Below, in pieces: positions 7,289-16,463 of a DNA stretch of 64,000 nucleotides (its first letter is position 1; the number at the start of each line of letters is the position of its first letter). A program made the translations under genes and the position numbers. The notes below the pieces were generated by a model, which saw only the letters and a list, made by a program, of their open reading frames with translations, did no database searches and was not told where the DNA came from. The stretch comes from Dehalococcoidia bacterium (GTDB taxonomy: Bacteria; Chloroflexota; Dehalococcoidia; Lucifugimonadales; JAGWBF01), in the NCBI GenBank assembly GCA_965197415.1, contig OZ240207.1, positions 2,858,957-2,922,956 on the forward strand, given 5' to 3'.

Positions 7289-8638
7289 TTAGAACGTTGA
7301 GGAAGGCGGCGCGTCCGTGACGTAGGTTTCAAGCCCATGCTCGGACTTGTCCAAGCCTTCGAGCTCCTCTTCCCTGCTCGCCCGCACACCGATGGTCGCC
7401 TTGAGGCCGAAGAACAGGGCGAAACCGGTGACTAGCGACCAGGCCACGACCACGGCCATGCTTATAAGCTGGGAGACGATTTGCTCAGCGTTCCCGTCCA
7501 CGAGGCCGCTCACGCCATTGTGGCCCGCGGCGAATATCCCCACCGCCAGGAGCCCCCAAAGTCCAGAGAATCCGTGGACTGCGATGGCCCCAATCGGGTC
7601 GTCCACCTTGAGGACCTTTTCCAGGAACTGGAGCGAGAGCATCATGATGGGCGCCGCTATTCCTCCGATGACCACGGCGGCCCAGGTGTCCACGTAGGCG
7701 CAGGGCGCCGTTATGCCCACCAATCCCGCCAGGGCCCCGTTGCAGGCCATAAGGATGTCGGCCTTGCCGGTCTGCACCAGTTTGATGTAAAGAGCTACGA
7801 CCGCTCCGGTGGCTCCGGCGAGGAGAGTGTTGACAGCGTTCAAACCGATGGTGTCGCTGCCGCCGATGTTGAACCCGAACCACCCGAAGAAGAGTATGAA
7901 GGTCCCGATTATCACGAAGGGCGTGCTGTGGCCGGATAGGATGTTGGCGGACCCGTCGGCGTTGAATTTGCCGATACGGGGACCCACTACCATGCAGGCT
8001 GCCAGCGCCAGAAATCCTCCGACGGCGTGGACTACGCCCGATCCGGCATAGTCAACCGCGCCAGGCAGGTTGATGGCTGAAAGGTCGCCCAACCATCCGC
8101 CGCCCCACACCCAGTGAGCGTACAGAGGGTATATGAGGGCGGTCACTATGAAGCTGTAAGCCATGTAGGTCTGGATTTTGGTCCGCTCGGCTATGGCCCC
8201 GGCCACGATGGTGGCGGCGGTGGCTGCGAACACCATTTGGAACATCCAGTCCACCCAGTTGTCATCCACAAGGAAGAAGTTGGACGTTCCGATGATTCCG
8301 GCCGCCGAGGCGCCGGTCATGAAGGCAAAACCGAAGGCCCAGAAGGACAGGGACGCGATGGCAAAGTCCATGAAGGACTTGGTCATATAGTTGGTGGTGT
8401 TCTTGGTGCGTATCAAGCCGGCTCCAAGGAAGGCGAAACCCGCTTGCATGAAGAACACCAGGAAGGCGGCTGCCAGGGTGATGAAAGCGCCCAGATTGCC
8501 GTCCACTACGTTGATGGCTTCCTGGGTCTCGTCGTCGACCTGTGCGAACGCCACGTTGTAGCCGCCGATGATGCCGACGGCCAACAACCCGGCCATCATC
8601 AGCACCAGCGTTCTCCTCAATGATACATGTTTCAACAT
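7289..8638 (-). CDS. amt: Ammonium transporter (Amt family) with N-terminal signal/anchor, 449 aa
   Basis: Amt-like TM pattern ('FMQAGFAFLGAGLIRTKN', 'VHGFSGLWGLL'). ATG at 8638 is preceded by AGGAGG. The upstream ATG at 8680 lacks an SD. Confidence 0.92.
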   Translation of the reverse strand: MLKHVSLRRTLVLMMAGLLAVGIIGGYNVAFAQVDDETQEAINVVDGNLGAFITLAAAFLVFFMQAGFAFLGAGLIRTKNTTNYMTKSFMDFAIASLSFWAFGFAFMTGASAAGIIGTSNFFLVDDNWVDWMFQMVFAATAATIVAGAIAERTKIQTYMAYSFIVTALIYPLYAHWVWGGGWLGDLSAINLPGAVDYAGSGVVHAVGGFLALAACMVVGPRIGKFNADGSANILSGHSTPFVIIGTFILFFGWFGFNIGGSDTIGLNAVNTLLAGATGAVVALYIKLVQTGKADILMACNGALAGLVGITAPCAYVDTWAAVVIGGIAAPIMMLSLQFLEKVLKVDDPIGAIAVHGFSGLWGLLAVGIFAAGHNGVSGLVDGNAEQIVSQLISMAVVVAWSLVTGFALFFGLKATIGVRASREEELEGLDKSEHGLETYVTDAPPSSTF

Positions 8639-8688
8639 GGGCTCCCCTCCTACAAACCGATATTGGCGACTCCATTTCATTCGAGAGA

Positions 8689-8749
8689 TGTTACGGGCCT
8701 GTTGCCGTTTTGTTACTCGTCTGTTTCATGGGTGTAAAATGATTGTTAC
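8689..8749. promoter_or_regulatory. Array of six hexamers (TGTTAC/TGTTGC/TGTTAC/TGTTTC/TGTAAA/TGTTAC) at exact 11-bp spacing upstream of amt
   Basis: Hexamer starts counted at 8689, 8700, 8711, 8722, 8733 and 8744. The array lies 51-111 nt upstream of the amt start codon in the amt/rmuC divergent region. Confidence 0.55.
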
Positions 8750-8787
8750 GCAAAACGCCGGCCCATAGCCGAAGGAGTCAATCCACG

Positions 8788-10023
8788 ATGGAATGGATAG
8801 TGGGAATCATCGTAGGCCTGATAGTGGGCGCAGCGGCGGCTTGGCTGGTTCGAAGCGCACGTGCCAAGGGCGAGGCAGCGTCCCTGCAAGCTGAGCATCG
8901 TGTAGCGGTAGCTGGACTGCAGGCCAAATTGGAGCAATCAGATGAGGCCCAGGCAATTCTCGACGCCGCCAAGGAGCAGTTAAGCGAAGCCTTCAAGTCC
9001 ACGGCCAGCAGTGCATTGCAAAACAATAATCAAGCCTTTCTTACCCTCGCCAACGAAAACTTGGGGAAGACTTTGGAGACTGCTAAGGGGGAACTTGACC
9101 GAAGACACAGGGAATTTCAGGAGTTGGTGAAACCCTTGTCCGAAAACTACGGTAAGCTCAACCCCCAGATCGAATCCCTGACCACAAGGGTAGAGTCTGT
9201 TACCAAAGCAACTACAGAGTTGAAGGGAGCGCTTACAGACAATCGCCAAGTCGGAAATTGGGGAGAAGTGCAATTGCACCGAGTTGTGGAGCTCGCAGGA
9301 ATGGTTGAGTACTGCGATTTTGCTGAGCAGTCAACAATCGAAGGGACGGGAAGCATCCCTGATATGGTCATCAACCTGCCCAACAAACGGGCCGTAGTGG
9401 TCGACGCCAAGGCGTCAACGGCTGCATTCATGGAATCGCACGAAGCCGCTGACGAAGACTCGGCCAGCGCAGCGTTGACTAAGCACGCGAATGCGCTGAA
9501 AAGGCAGGTTGACGACTTGGCTAAGAAGAATTACGGCGCCAAAGTTGACGGCGCTCTCGACTTCGTAGTGATGTTCGTTCCTGGAGACCAGTTCCTAGCG
9601 GCCGCCCTCAGAGCTAATCCCTACCTCATCGATTACGGAATGCAAAAGCGAATCGCCATCGCGACGCCCGTATCGTTGATTTCTCTCCTGTGGACCGTAC
9701 ACAGCGGCTGGCAACAGGAGCGGTTGGCCCGTAATGCACAAGAGATAAAAACGGTGGGAGACCAGATGCACAATCGGATGATGACCTTCATCGGCCACTA
9801 CCAGAAGGTGGGCTCCGAATTGGGAAGCGCCGTCACTGCATTCAATAGGTCAATCGGTTCCTTTGACCAGTCCGTAGCCCCCCAAGGAAGACGTTTTGCG
9901 GAGTTAGTGACAGGCAATGAGGATGACTTCCCCGAAATTACGGCTATTGACGAGGACCCAAGGACATCCCGGTACGTTCTCGATGGACCGACCGCGGAGG
10001 AAGGCAAACTGGCGGCTGACTAA
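8788..10023 (+). CDS. rmuC: DNA recombination protein RmuC
   Basis: N-terminal TM helix, a long coiled-coil, and a C-terminal nuclease-like region ('PDMVINLPNKRAVVVDAK', 'VMFVPGDQFL'). ATG 8788 follows AAGGAG. Confidence 0.85.
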   Translation: MEWIVGIIVGLIVGAAAAWLVRSARAKGEAASLQAEHRVAVAGLQAKLEQSDEAQAILDAAKEQLSEAFKSTASSALQNNNQAFLTLANENLGKTLETAKGELDRRHREFQELVKPLSENYGKLNPQIESLTTRVESVTKATTELKGALTDNRQVGNWGEVQLHRVVELAGMVEYCDFAEQSTIEGTGSIPDMVINLPNKRAVVVDAKASTAAFMESHEAADEDSASAALTKHANALKRQVDDLAKKNYGAKVDGALDFVVMFVPGDQFLAAALRANPYLIDYGMQKRIAIATPVSLISLLWTVHSGWQQERLARNAQEIKTVGDQMHNRMMTFIGHYQKVGSELGSAVTAFNRSIGSFDQSVAPQGRRFAELVTGNEDDFPEITAIDEDPRTSRYVLDGPTAEEGKLAAD

Positions 10024-10118
10024 TCGGCTGGCTTTCGCCGGAGTAAAACGGACTGACCTCTACGAAGCAGTTGGTCTCTTCCTTCCCCGTCTCATGTGGA
10101 CGGGACCGTTACACCGCA

Positions 10119-10146
10119 TTGCAATTGAGGGGCCGTCGTATATAAT
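10119..10146 (+). promoter_or_regulatory. Sigma70-type promoter candidate (TTGCAA-16-TATAAT)
   Basis: TTGCAA at 10119-10124 and TATAAT at 10141-10146, about 30 nt upstream of the 62-aa ORF. Confidence 0.5.
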
Positions 10147-10176
10147 ATTGCGGGCTTAGTCTTCCAGGAGAAAAGC

Positions 10177-10365
10177 ATGAGGAAGAAACAGACGGGACAG
10201 TTCGGCAATCTCATCGGCGGGTCCGTTGTCATAGGCGCCGCCATGATCTATGGCGGTCCCTTCCTTACCATCATCGGAATCATAGCGGGCGGAATTTACA
10301 CCGCTGTGATTGGTCTCCACATGATTACGCCCAAGGCCAAGCGTAAAAACATCCTCAAGTTCTAG
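10177..10365 (+). CDS. Small 2-TM membrane protein (62 aa)
   Basis: SD AGGAG before the ATG, its own promoter candidate, and two Gly/Ile-rich hydrophobic segments. Confidence 0.5.
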   Translation: MRKKQTGQFGNLIGGSVVIGAAMIYGGPFLTIIGIIAGGIYTAVIGLHMITPKAKRKNILKF

Positions 10366-11612
10366 CCGTCGTCCCTCAGCAAGTCAGCCCACGTTCCGGC
10401 TGGCAGCGAGCTGGCCAGATGAGGGTAGCGTCCCGATAGGACTTCAACGTGGGTTGGCGTGAGCATCGGCGGTCCCGCTTTTTCTGCCAGTTCAGTTGCC
10501 TGTTCGTCCCCACCCAGTCCCCATAGACTTCGCTGTTCGACGTCCTTGCCCTGGACCAGGACCCTGAAGTCCCCCATTTCCCCGGGCCTTGCCAAGTCCA
10601 ACATCCCCATGCGATTGGCGTCTAGCTCTCCCTGACTCAGCCCGAGCGCCCTCAGTTTCCTGACGAACTGGTCAAGTCCCAGGTTATTTAAGAATCGCTG
10701 CTGCGTAGTGATTCCAATGGGCGTAAGCCCGTGTGTCCGGCCTTGGCGTACGACGGTCGAAAAGTCCACGTGAGAAGTGAGGTCCTGCCGGCCCGAACGT
10801 TGGTATGGGTTCGGAACGGCAGTGTGTTTAAAGTGACTCGACAGCGTTCCCTGTCTTCGGCCTCCGGCGTACAGTTCCGGCGCCAAGCCGCCATAGTCGA
10901 TAGTGATGATGTAACCCTGGCGGAGTGCGTCCGATACGGCCTTCATCCAGGGGCCTAGCTCCAGGTTAATCTCTGCTCTCTGCCCTTCTTCCAGTCTGAC
11001 GCCAAGGGCTTCCAGATGTTGGGTCAGGGCGACTGTGGAGGGCTCACCCGTTTCTTCGACCAGCGTGCCGTCCGGGCCTTCCGTTACGAAAATCTCCCTC
11101 AGTTCTCCACCCTCCATAGTGACCCTGTGGACGGGGAAGGCGTCGGGCAGTTCGTTGGACAGGAAGCAGCCAACGACGTTCTTCAACGGGACCGTATGGG
11201 AGACCAAGCGGTCCACATTATCTCTTAAGTCAGACGGCAGGTCTCCTTCCAATCCTTGTCTCGCGGCGCGGTCGATGCAGATGTAATGGAGGGCGCGGCT
11301 AAAATCGCCAAGGAGTTGGGGAGAGAATGACATAATGTCGTGGCAGAGCCTTCCGTTTCCCGCTCCCATCTCAACCACACGGAACGGTCTGGGGCGGTCT
11401 AAGATGTCCCACATCTGGAACAGTTGTAAGGCAATAAGGCTCCCAAAGGCGGGATGGGCTTGTGGAGATGTGTAGAAGTCGCCTTCGGCTCCCGGCTCGG
11501 TGGTGGTGTAGTAGCCGCCGTCAGGCCAGTACAGGGCCGTCTCCATATACTCGGCGAAGGTGATCCTGCCCCGCTCTCTAATGCGCCGAATTATCTCGGC
11601 TTCTGCACTCAT
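10362..11612 (-). CDS. Class I SAM-dependent methyltransferase, MidA/NDUFAF7 (DUF185) family
   Basis: 'ITFAEYMETALYWPDGGYY', 'FYTSPQAHPAFG' and 'VVEMGAGNGRL' match the MidA-type N-terminus and SAM-binding loop. Confidence 0.8.
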   Translation of the reverse strand: MSAEAEIIRRIRERGRITFAEYMETALYWPDGGYYTTTEPGAEGDFYTSPQAHPAFGSLIALQLFQMWDILDRPRPFRVVEMGAGNGRLCHDIMSFSPQLLGDFSRALHYICIDRAARQGLEGDLPSDLRDNVDRLVSHTVPLKNVVGCFLSNELPDAFPVHRVTMEGGELREIFVTEGPDGTLVEETGEPSTVALTQHLEALGVRLEEGQRAEINLELGPWMKAVSDALRQGYIITIDYGGLAPELYAGGRRQGTLSSHFKHTAVPNPYQRSGRQDLTSHVDFSTVVRQGRTHGLTPIGITTQQRFLNNLGLDQFVRKLRALGLSQGELDANRMGMLDLARPGEMGDFRVLVQGKDVEQRSLWGLGGDEQATELAEKAGPPMLTPTHVEVLSGRYPHLASSLPAGTWADLLRDDG

Positions 11613-11635
11613 GCGAACTGGACCCTTGTAGCGGC

Positions 11636-11668
11636 TAAAACAAATTTGAGGGGGCTGAAAGCCCCCTC
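11636..11668 (-). terminator. Rho-independent terminator after citrate synthase
   Basis: 9-bp stem GAGGGGGCT/AGCCCCCTC with a 3-nt loop (11648-11668). On the minus strand it is followed by AAATTTGTTTT. Confidence 0.6.
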
Positions 11669-11694
11669 GATGTCAAGCTCGTTGGCGGTGTTCT

Positions 11695-12837
11695 CTATGC
11701 CCGCTGTTCTATGGGCACGTATTCAACGTCCATTGGGCCCGTGTAGTCCAGCAGCGGTCGGATGAGAATGTTGTCGGAGTACTGTTCCAGGCACTGAAGC
11801 GTCCAGCCGGGAATGCGGCCCAGGGCGAAGATGGAAATGAACAAGTCCTCGGGGATTCCGAGAAGGTTGTAGATGGAGCCGGCGAAGAAGTCGACGTTGA
11901 CATAGATGCCCTTTGCCCTGTAAGGGACCATCACTTCTTCTTCCAGGTGGCGCAGTATCTGGAACCAGTGGGGCTTGCCCAGCTTTTCCCCGAGGGTCTT
12001 GGAGCGGTCTCTCAGGTGACGTGCCCTAGGGTCTTCTGCCTTGTATACGCGGTGGCCGAACCCCATGATCTTGCCGCCGCCGTCCAGAAGGTTACGGGCC
12101 CAAGCCTCAGCGTTGCTGGCGTCGCCGATGTCCATGGCCATCTTCATGACCTCTTCCGCCGCCCCGCCGTGCCAGGGTCCCTTGAGGACGCCTATACCGG
12201 TGACGATGGCCGAGTGGAGGTCGGAAAGAGTGGACGCGGTGACTCTGGCGGCGAAGGCCGATGCGTTGGCGCTGTGCTCGGCGTGGAGTATGAAGTCCAC
12301 GTCCATGAGCTTTGTCGTCTCGTCGTCAGGCTCCTCGCCCATGAGCATGTAGAGGAAGTTTGCGGCGTGGGTCAAGTTGGGGTTTGGGGCCACCGGGTCC
12401 AATCCCTGCCTGATCCTGTGGTGGGCCGCTACGATGGTGGGTCCCTGGGCGGTGACTCGAATCCCTTTCCGCAGCGTGGCCTCCGGTGAATTGTCTCCAA
12501 CTTCCGGGTCGAACGCTGCCAGGGCGGAGACTCCCGTCCGGAGGGCGTCCATGGGGTGACTGTCTTTAACGATGTCCAGAACCGTGTACACCCCCTCTGG
12601 GATCTCCCTGTTAAGCCTGAGTTGGGCGTCGAAGTCCCTCAATTCGGCTGACGTGGGAAGTTTCCCGATGAGCAGGAGGTGCATGACCTCTTCGAAGGTA
12701 GACTTTTCGGCCAGGTCGTGGATGTCGTAACCCCGGTACAACAGCTTGCCCACTTCACCGTCTATGAAGCTGGCCTCGCTGGTGTCCAGGTATACATCCT
12801 TCAGTCCACGGTGGATTTGTGCTTTCGGCTGTACCAT
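11695..12837 (-). CDS. gltA: Citrate synthase (380 aa)
   Basis: 'GLKDVYLDTSEASFIDGEVGKLLYRGYDI', 'HAEHSANAS' and 'GFGHRVYK' are citrate synthase motifs. ATG 12837 follows GGAGGAG. Confidence 0.92.
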   Translation of the reverse strand: MVQPKAQIHRGLKDVYLDTSEASFIDGEVGKLLYRGYDIHDLAEKSTFEEVMHLLLIGKLPTSAELRDFDAQLRLNREIPEGVYTVLDIVKDSHPMDALRTGVSALAAFDPEVGDNSPEATLRKGIRVTAQGPTIVAAHHRIRQGLDPVAPNPNLTHAANFLYMLMGEEPDDETTKLMDVDFILHAEHSANASAFAARVTASTLSDLHSAIVTGIGVLKGPWHGGAAEEVMKMAMDIGDASNAEAWARNLLDGGGKIMGFGHRVYKAEDPRARHLRDRSKTLGEKLGKPHWFQILRHLEEEVMVPYRAKGIYVNVDFFAGSIYNLLGIPEDLFISIFALGRIPGWTLQCLEQYSDNILIRPLLDYTGPMDVEYVPIEQRA

Positions 12838-13164
12838 GGCATCTCCTCCATGGGCGCACCGCCCGGGGTTAACGCTGACGCAAGGCTTGGCGTCCGTCGG
12901 TTTCCTTCGTACCGGAAGGAAAACAGTTGGGGCCATTAAAACAGAACACGGCCAATCGAGCCTCTGGTCCGCCAACCAGCCGCCGATGCCGCCATCGGGA
13001 TTCTATCATCGGCCAAATTGGAGTGTCAACCTGTTGTAGCGGTGCGGTAGATATGGGGCGGGTGTAATGAGACCAACAGTTCTGGCCGACCTTGATGAAG
13101 TGTGTACGTCTCTAAGTCGTGACGTTGAACTCTAGCAGACTAGGGCGCGAGGTCCCGCTTTCGA

Positions 13165-13878
13165 TCATTGCAGGGAGTCCAGGAACTCCTGGATGGCCTG
13201 GTTTACGTCGTCAGGGCGTTCCGCCATGGGGAAGTGGCCCGCGTCGTGCAGCTTCAGGTACCGGGACCCTGGGATGGCCTGATGGATTTCCAGCTCATAT
13301 TCCGGTGGGTCCAGCGGGTCGTCCATCCCTCGAATCAGCAATAGAGGCTTGTCGAGGGAACCTATGCGGTCAGTGGCATCGAAGCCGTCTATGATTTGGA
13401 GGTCACGATACTGGGACATAGGCCCAACCAGACGGTGGTCATCTAAAAGCTTCTCTCTAAAATCCGGTTCGACGAACTTCAAGATGCCCCGCATCATTTC
13501 GATCCACTCCTCGAACGCGACCGGGTCTTGTGCAGCACGCAGCCTGAGTTCGAGGGAGGCCGGGTTTCGTTGCTTCAGGCGAAGGGCCATAGTCATTAGC
13601 ACCAGTCCCTTCACTTCATCGGGGTAGTCCAGGGCATACTGGAGGGCTGTGCAGGCCCCAAGGGTGTATCCCGCCAGCACTAAATTTTGGCGATGGCCCT
13701 GTGCCCACAGCCAACCCCTCAACCATTCCGCGCTTCGCTCCACGCTGGGACAGGACTCACCGTCGGGGTGGCCCGGAAAGGTCGGGGCCAAGCTGCCGGG
13801 AAAACGCTCCAGTTGGCGGGCAAACGATCTGGACGTTCCCCCGGCGCCTGGGCCGTGGAGGAACACTAGCTGTACCAC
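13165..13878 (-). CDS. Alpha/beta hydrolase
   Basis: 'VFLHGPGAGG' oxyanion region, a 'GYTLGA' nucleophile-elbow-like motif and C-terminal 'DAGHFPMAERP'. GTG start follows AGGAGG. Confidence 0.8.
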   Translation of the reverse strand: MVQLVFLHGPGAGGTSRSFARQLERFPGSLAPTFPGHPDGESCPSVERSAEWLRGWLWAQGHRQNLVLAGYTLGACTALQYALDYPDEVKGLVLMTMALRLKQRNPASLELRLRAAQDPVAFEEWIEMMRGILKFVEPDFREKLLDDHRLVGPMSQYRDLQIIDGFDATDRIGSLDKPLLLIRGMDDPLDPPEYELEIHQAIPGSRYLKLHDAGHFPMAERPDDVNQAIQEFLDSLQ

Positions 13879-13907
13879 CGGACCTCCTAGAGGATCGCCG
13901 CTGTACC

Positions 13908-15104
13908 TTAGTGCGCGGACGAGTGGGGGCTCATTATCAGGCAGTAGTGGAAGTCCAGCGTGCCTCCCTGACTAAGGGCCATGACCACGTCATGTTTGGC
14001 TACTTGCCGCTCGCCTGCGGTTCCGCGGGCCTGCAATACGCCCTCGGAAATGGGAGTGGCGCCCCACAGATAGTGGGCTGAAAGCTCGCCGCCGCTCGTG
14101 TTGGTTGGTAGAGAGCCGCCCGGCTCCAGCTTGCCGTCTGCCACAAACGGGCCGCCCTCGCCCTTGGCGCAAAAGCCGTAGTCCTCCAGGGTTACGATGC
14201 TGGTGTAGGTGTAGTTGTCATAGGTCTGGACCACGTCGATGTCGTCCACCGTAATGCCGGCCATGGGAAAGGCCCTCTCCTTGGCTATTGCGGCGCCGGT
14301 GTGCACCTCGTTCTCGTAACCCCTCCGCCTCGGGTTGCCGGGATAGCCCTCTCCCATCCCCAGGATGTAGGCGGGGGGCTGCTTAAGGTCTTTGGCCCTC
14401 TCGGCGGTGGTGGTGATGAAGGCAATGGCGCCGTTGTTGACCATGCAGCAGTCGAACAGGTGGAAGGGTTCCACAACCCACCGGGAGTTGTGATAGTCGT
14501 CGAGTGTCATGGGGTCCCTGAAGATTGCATCCGGGTTCATTCCGGCCCACTTGCGGTTGGACACGGCCACCGCTCCTAGATGGTCCTGGGTCGTGCCGTA
14601 GAGCGCCATGTGGCGTCTCGCTGCCAGGGCATAGGCGGTGTTGGCTCCAAAGAACCCGTAACCCCCGGGCAAGCCCCGGAGTCCGGACAAGGAACGCAGC
14701 CCACCGTAGGCCGCTCCGCCAGACGAGCTGGCGGGAGTCAAGGGGGCGTCGGCGAAGACGTAGCACACTGTGTCGGCCATTCCCGACTGGACGGCATGGG
14801 CTGACAGCACCATGTTCTGACCAGCTGCAGACCCCCGGTTAATCCACTGGCTGTACAAGCGCAGGTTTTTCAGTCCCATCATGTTGTGCAGGCCGCCTCC
14901 GCCGGATGCGTCGGGCCATCCCTCGGGCCCCACGCCTCCGTGGGTGAGCATCCCGTCCAGGTCCTCCTTCTGCAGTCCCGCGTCCTCCAGGGCCAACTGC
15001 ACCGCCTCCACCGCCAGGGACGTTACGGGTTTGGAGTACCTCCGGGTCATCTTCGTCAAGCCCAAGCCAACAACCGCTGCTTGGCGTGGATTGTTTGCTG
15101 CCAT
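13908..15104 (-). CDS. Thiolase-fold protein (SCP-x/nsLTP-type); nucleophile Cys apparently absent
   Basis: N-terminal 'AAVVGLGLTKM' and C-terminal 'NTSGGELS' thiolase-like blocks. The expected CxSG position reads 'NRGSAAGQNM'. Confidence 0.8.
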   Translation of the reverse strand: MAANNPRQAAVVGLGLTKMTRRYSKPVTSLAVEAVQLALEDAGLQKEDLDGMLTHGGVGPEGWPDASGGGGLHNMMGLKNLRLYSQWINRGSAAGQNMVLSAHAVQSGMADTVCYVFADAPLTPASSSGGAAYGGLRSLSGLRGLPGGYGFFGANTAYALAARRHMALYGTTQDHLGAVAVSNRKWAGMNPDAIFRDPMTLDDYHNSRWVVEPFHLFDCCMVNNGAIAFITTTAERAKDLKQPPAYILGMGEGYPGNPRRRGYENEVHTGAAIAKERAFPMAGITVDDIDVVQTYDNYTYTSIVTLEDYGFCAKGEGGPFVADGKLEPGGSLPTNTSGGELSAHYLWGATPISEGVLQARGTAGERQVAKHDVVMALSQGGTLDFHYCLIMSPHSSAH

Positions 15105-15318
15105 GACTCACCTCCGCTCTAGGATAGCCGGTCCAAGGGGCGGCAATTTAATACCGTAAGTATACTCGCCCAAGACGCTGCGTCTAGTGGGCAACGATAT
15201 AGCGTTCCTAAGGCTGGCGCCGTTGCTCTGAGTCCTCAAGGCGCACTGTGCTATCCGCTTCCGCTCCGTGGTAGAATGCTGTACCGCACGAATCAAGCGA
15301 TTGGTTAGGAGGTAAGCA

Positions 15319-16425
15319 ATGGCCGATAGAGGACGGGTTGTCGTTCACACCGCGCACAATGAGCCCTTCGAGATACGGGAATACGACCTTCCTGACCCTG
15401 AACCGGGCGCCATCATCTTGAAGATTACCCAGGCGGGCATCTGCGGCTCCGACCTCCACACCTGGAGGGGAGACCAGATAAACATCCCCGTCCCTCCCGG
15501 AGGACGGGTCATGGGCCACGAGGGCACGGGCGTCATCTATAAGATGGGTGCCGGAGTGACCACCGACAGCAACGGAGACCCCATCAAAGAGGGCGACCGT
15601 CTCATGCACGTCCATGTCTTCCCCTGCTACCACTGTCACATGTGCAACAAGGGCGACACCAACTGGTGCGTCAACCGGGAGTATCCGGAAGGAGACGTGT
15701 GGCCCTACTTCACGGGAACCTACGGCGACTACATTTACCTGCCTCCCAGGCACCCGGCGTTCCGCGTGCCCGACGAGTTGAGCGATGACATTCTTGGTTT
15801 CGTCAACTGCGCGATGGGCACGGTCACCCAGGGCCTGATTCGAGCCCGGGCCCACGAGGGCGACCAGGTGGTCATCATGGGGGCGGGCGGACTCGGGCTC
15901 AACGCCGTTGCTATGGCTCGGGACATGGGAGCCGACCGCATCATCGTGCTTGACCGGCTGGAAAATCGCCTTCAGCTGGCGGAGGACTTCGGCGCCGACG
16001 AGACCATCAACATCGAGGAGTACAACACGGCGGAGACCAGAGTGCAGCGTGTGTTCGAGTTGACCAGAGGCCGCGGAGCCGACATCGTCATGGAGCTGGT
16101 GGGCCGCCCGGACCTCATCGTCGAGGGCATCGACATGCTCAGCAACGGCGGCACTTTCGTCGAGATAGGCGACATCATTCCCGGCCCCACGGCGGCCATC
16201 GACCCGTCGAAGCTCCTCAGGGGCAAGAACATCATGGGTTCGCTGATGTACAGGCCGAGCACGCTGGCCGCCATCCTGGACTACATGGTCAAGAACCGGG
16301 ACAAGGTGCCCTTCCACAAAATCGTGTCCCACAAGTTCCCCCTAGCCGACATCAACGAGGCGTTCCCCCAGGCCGAATGGAACCAGCGTCAGACTGCCAT
16401 ATCCAGGGCCATGCTGGTCCCCTAG
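15319..16425 (+). CDS. Zn-dependent alcohol dehydrogenase (MDR superfamily)
   Basis: 'GICGSDLHTWRGD', 'GHEGTG' and a structural-Zn Cys cluster 'CYHCHMCNKGDTNWC', plus the GAGGLG Rossmann motif. Confidence 0.9.
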   Translation: MADRGRVVVHTAHNEPFEIREYDLPDPEPGAIILKITQAGICGSDLHTWRGDQINIPVPPGGRVMGHEGTGVIYKMGAGVTTDSNGDPIKEGDRLMHVHVFPCYHCHMCNKGDTNWCVNREYPEGDVWPYFTGTYGDYIYLPPRHPAFRVPDELSDDILGFVNCAMGTVTQGLIRARAHEGDQVVIMGAGGLGLNAVAMARDMGADRIIVLDRLENRLQLAEDFGADETINIEEYNTAETRVQRVFELTRGRGADIVMELVGRPDLIVEGIDMLSNGGTFVEIGDIIPGPTAAIDPSKLLRGKNIMGSLMYRPSTLAAILDYMVKNRDKVPFHKIVSHKFPLADINEAFPQAEWNQRQTAISRAMLVP

Positions 16426-16463
16426 GTTGAGGCGCAGGCGCGAAGCCTCCGAGAAAGTCTGTT

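Noticed and set aside
15208-16332. 374-aa minus-strand ORF
   Set aside because: Antisense to the Zn-dependent alcohol dehydrogenase gene, which has clear catalytic motifs and a strong SD. There is no motif in the antisense product.
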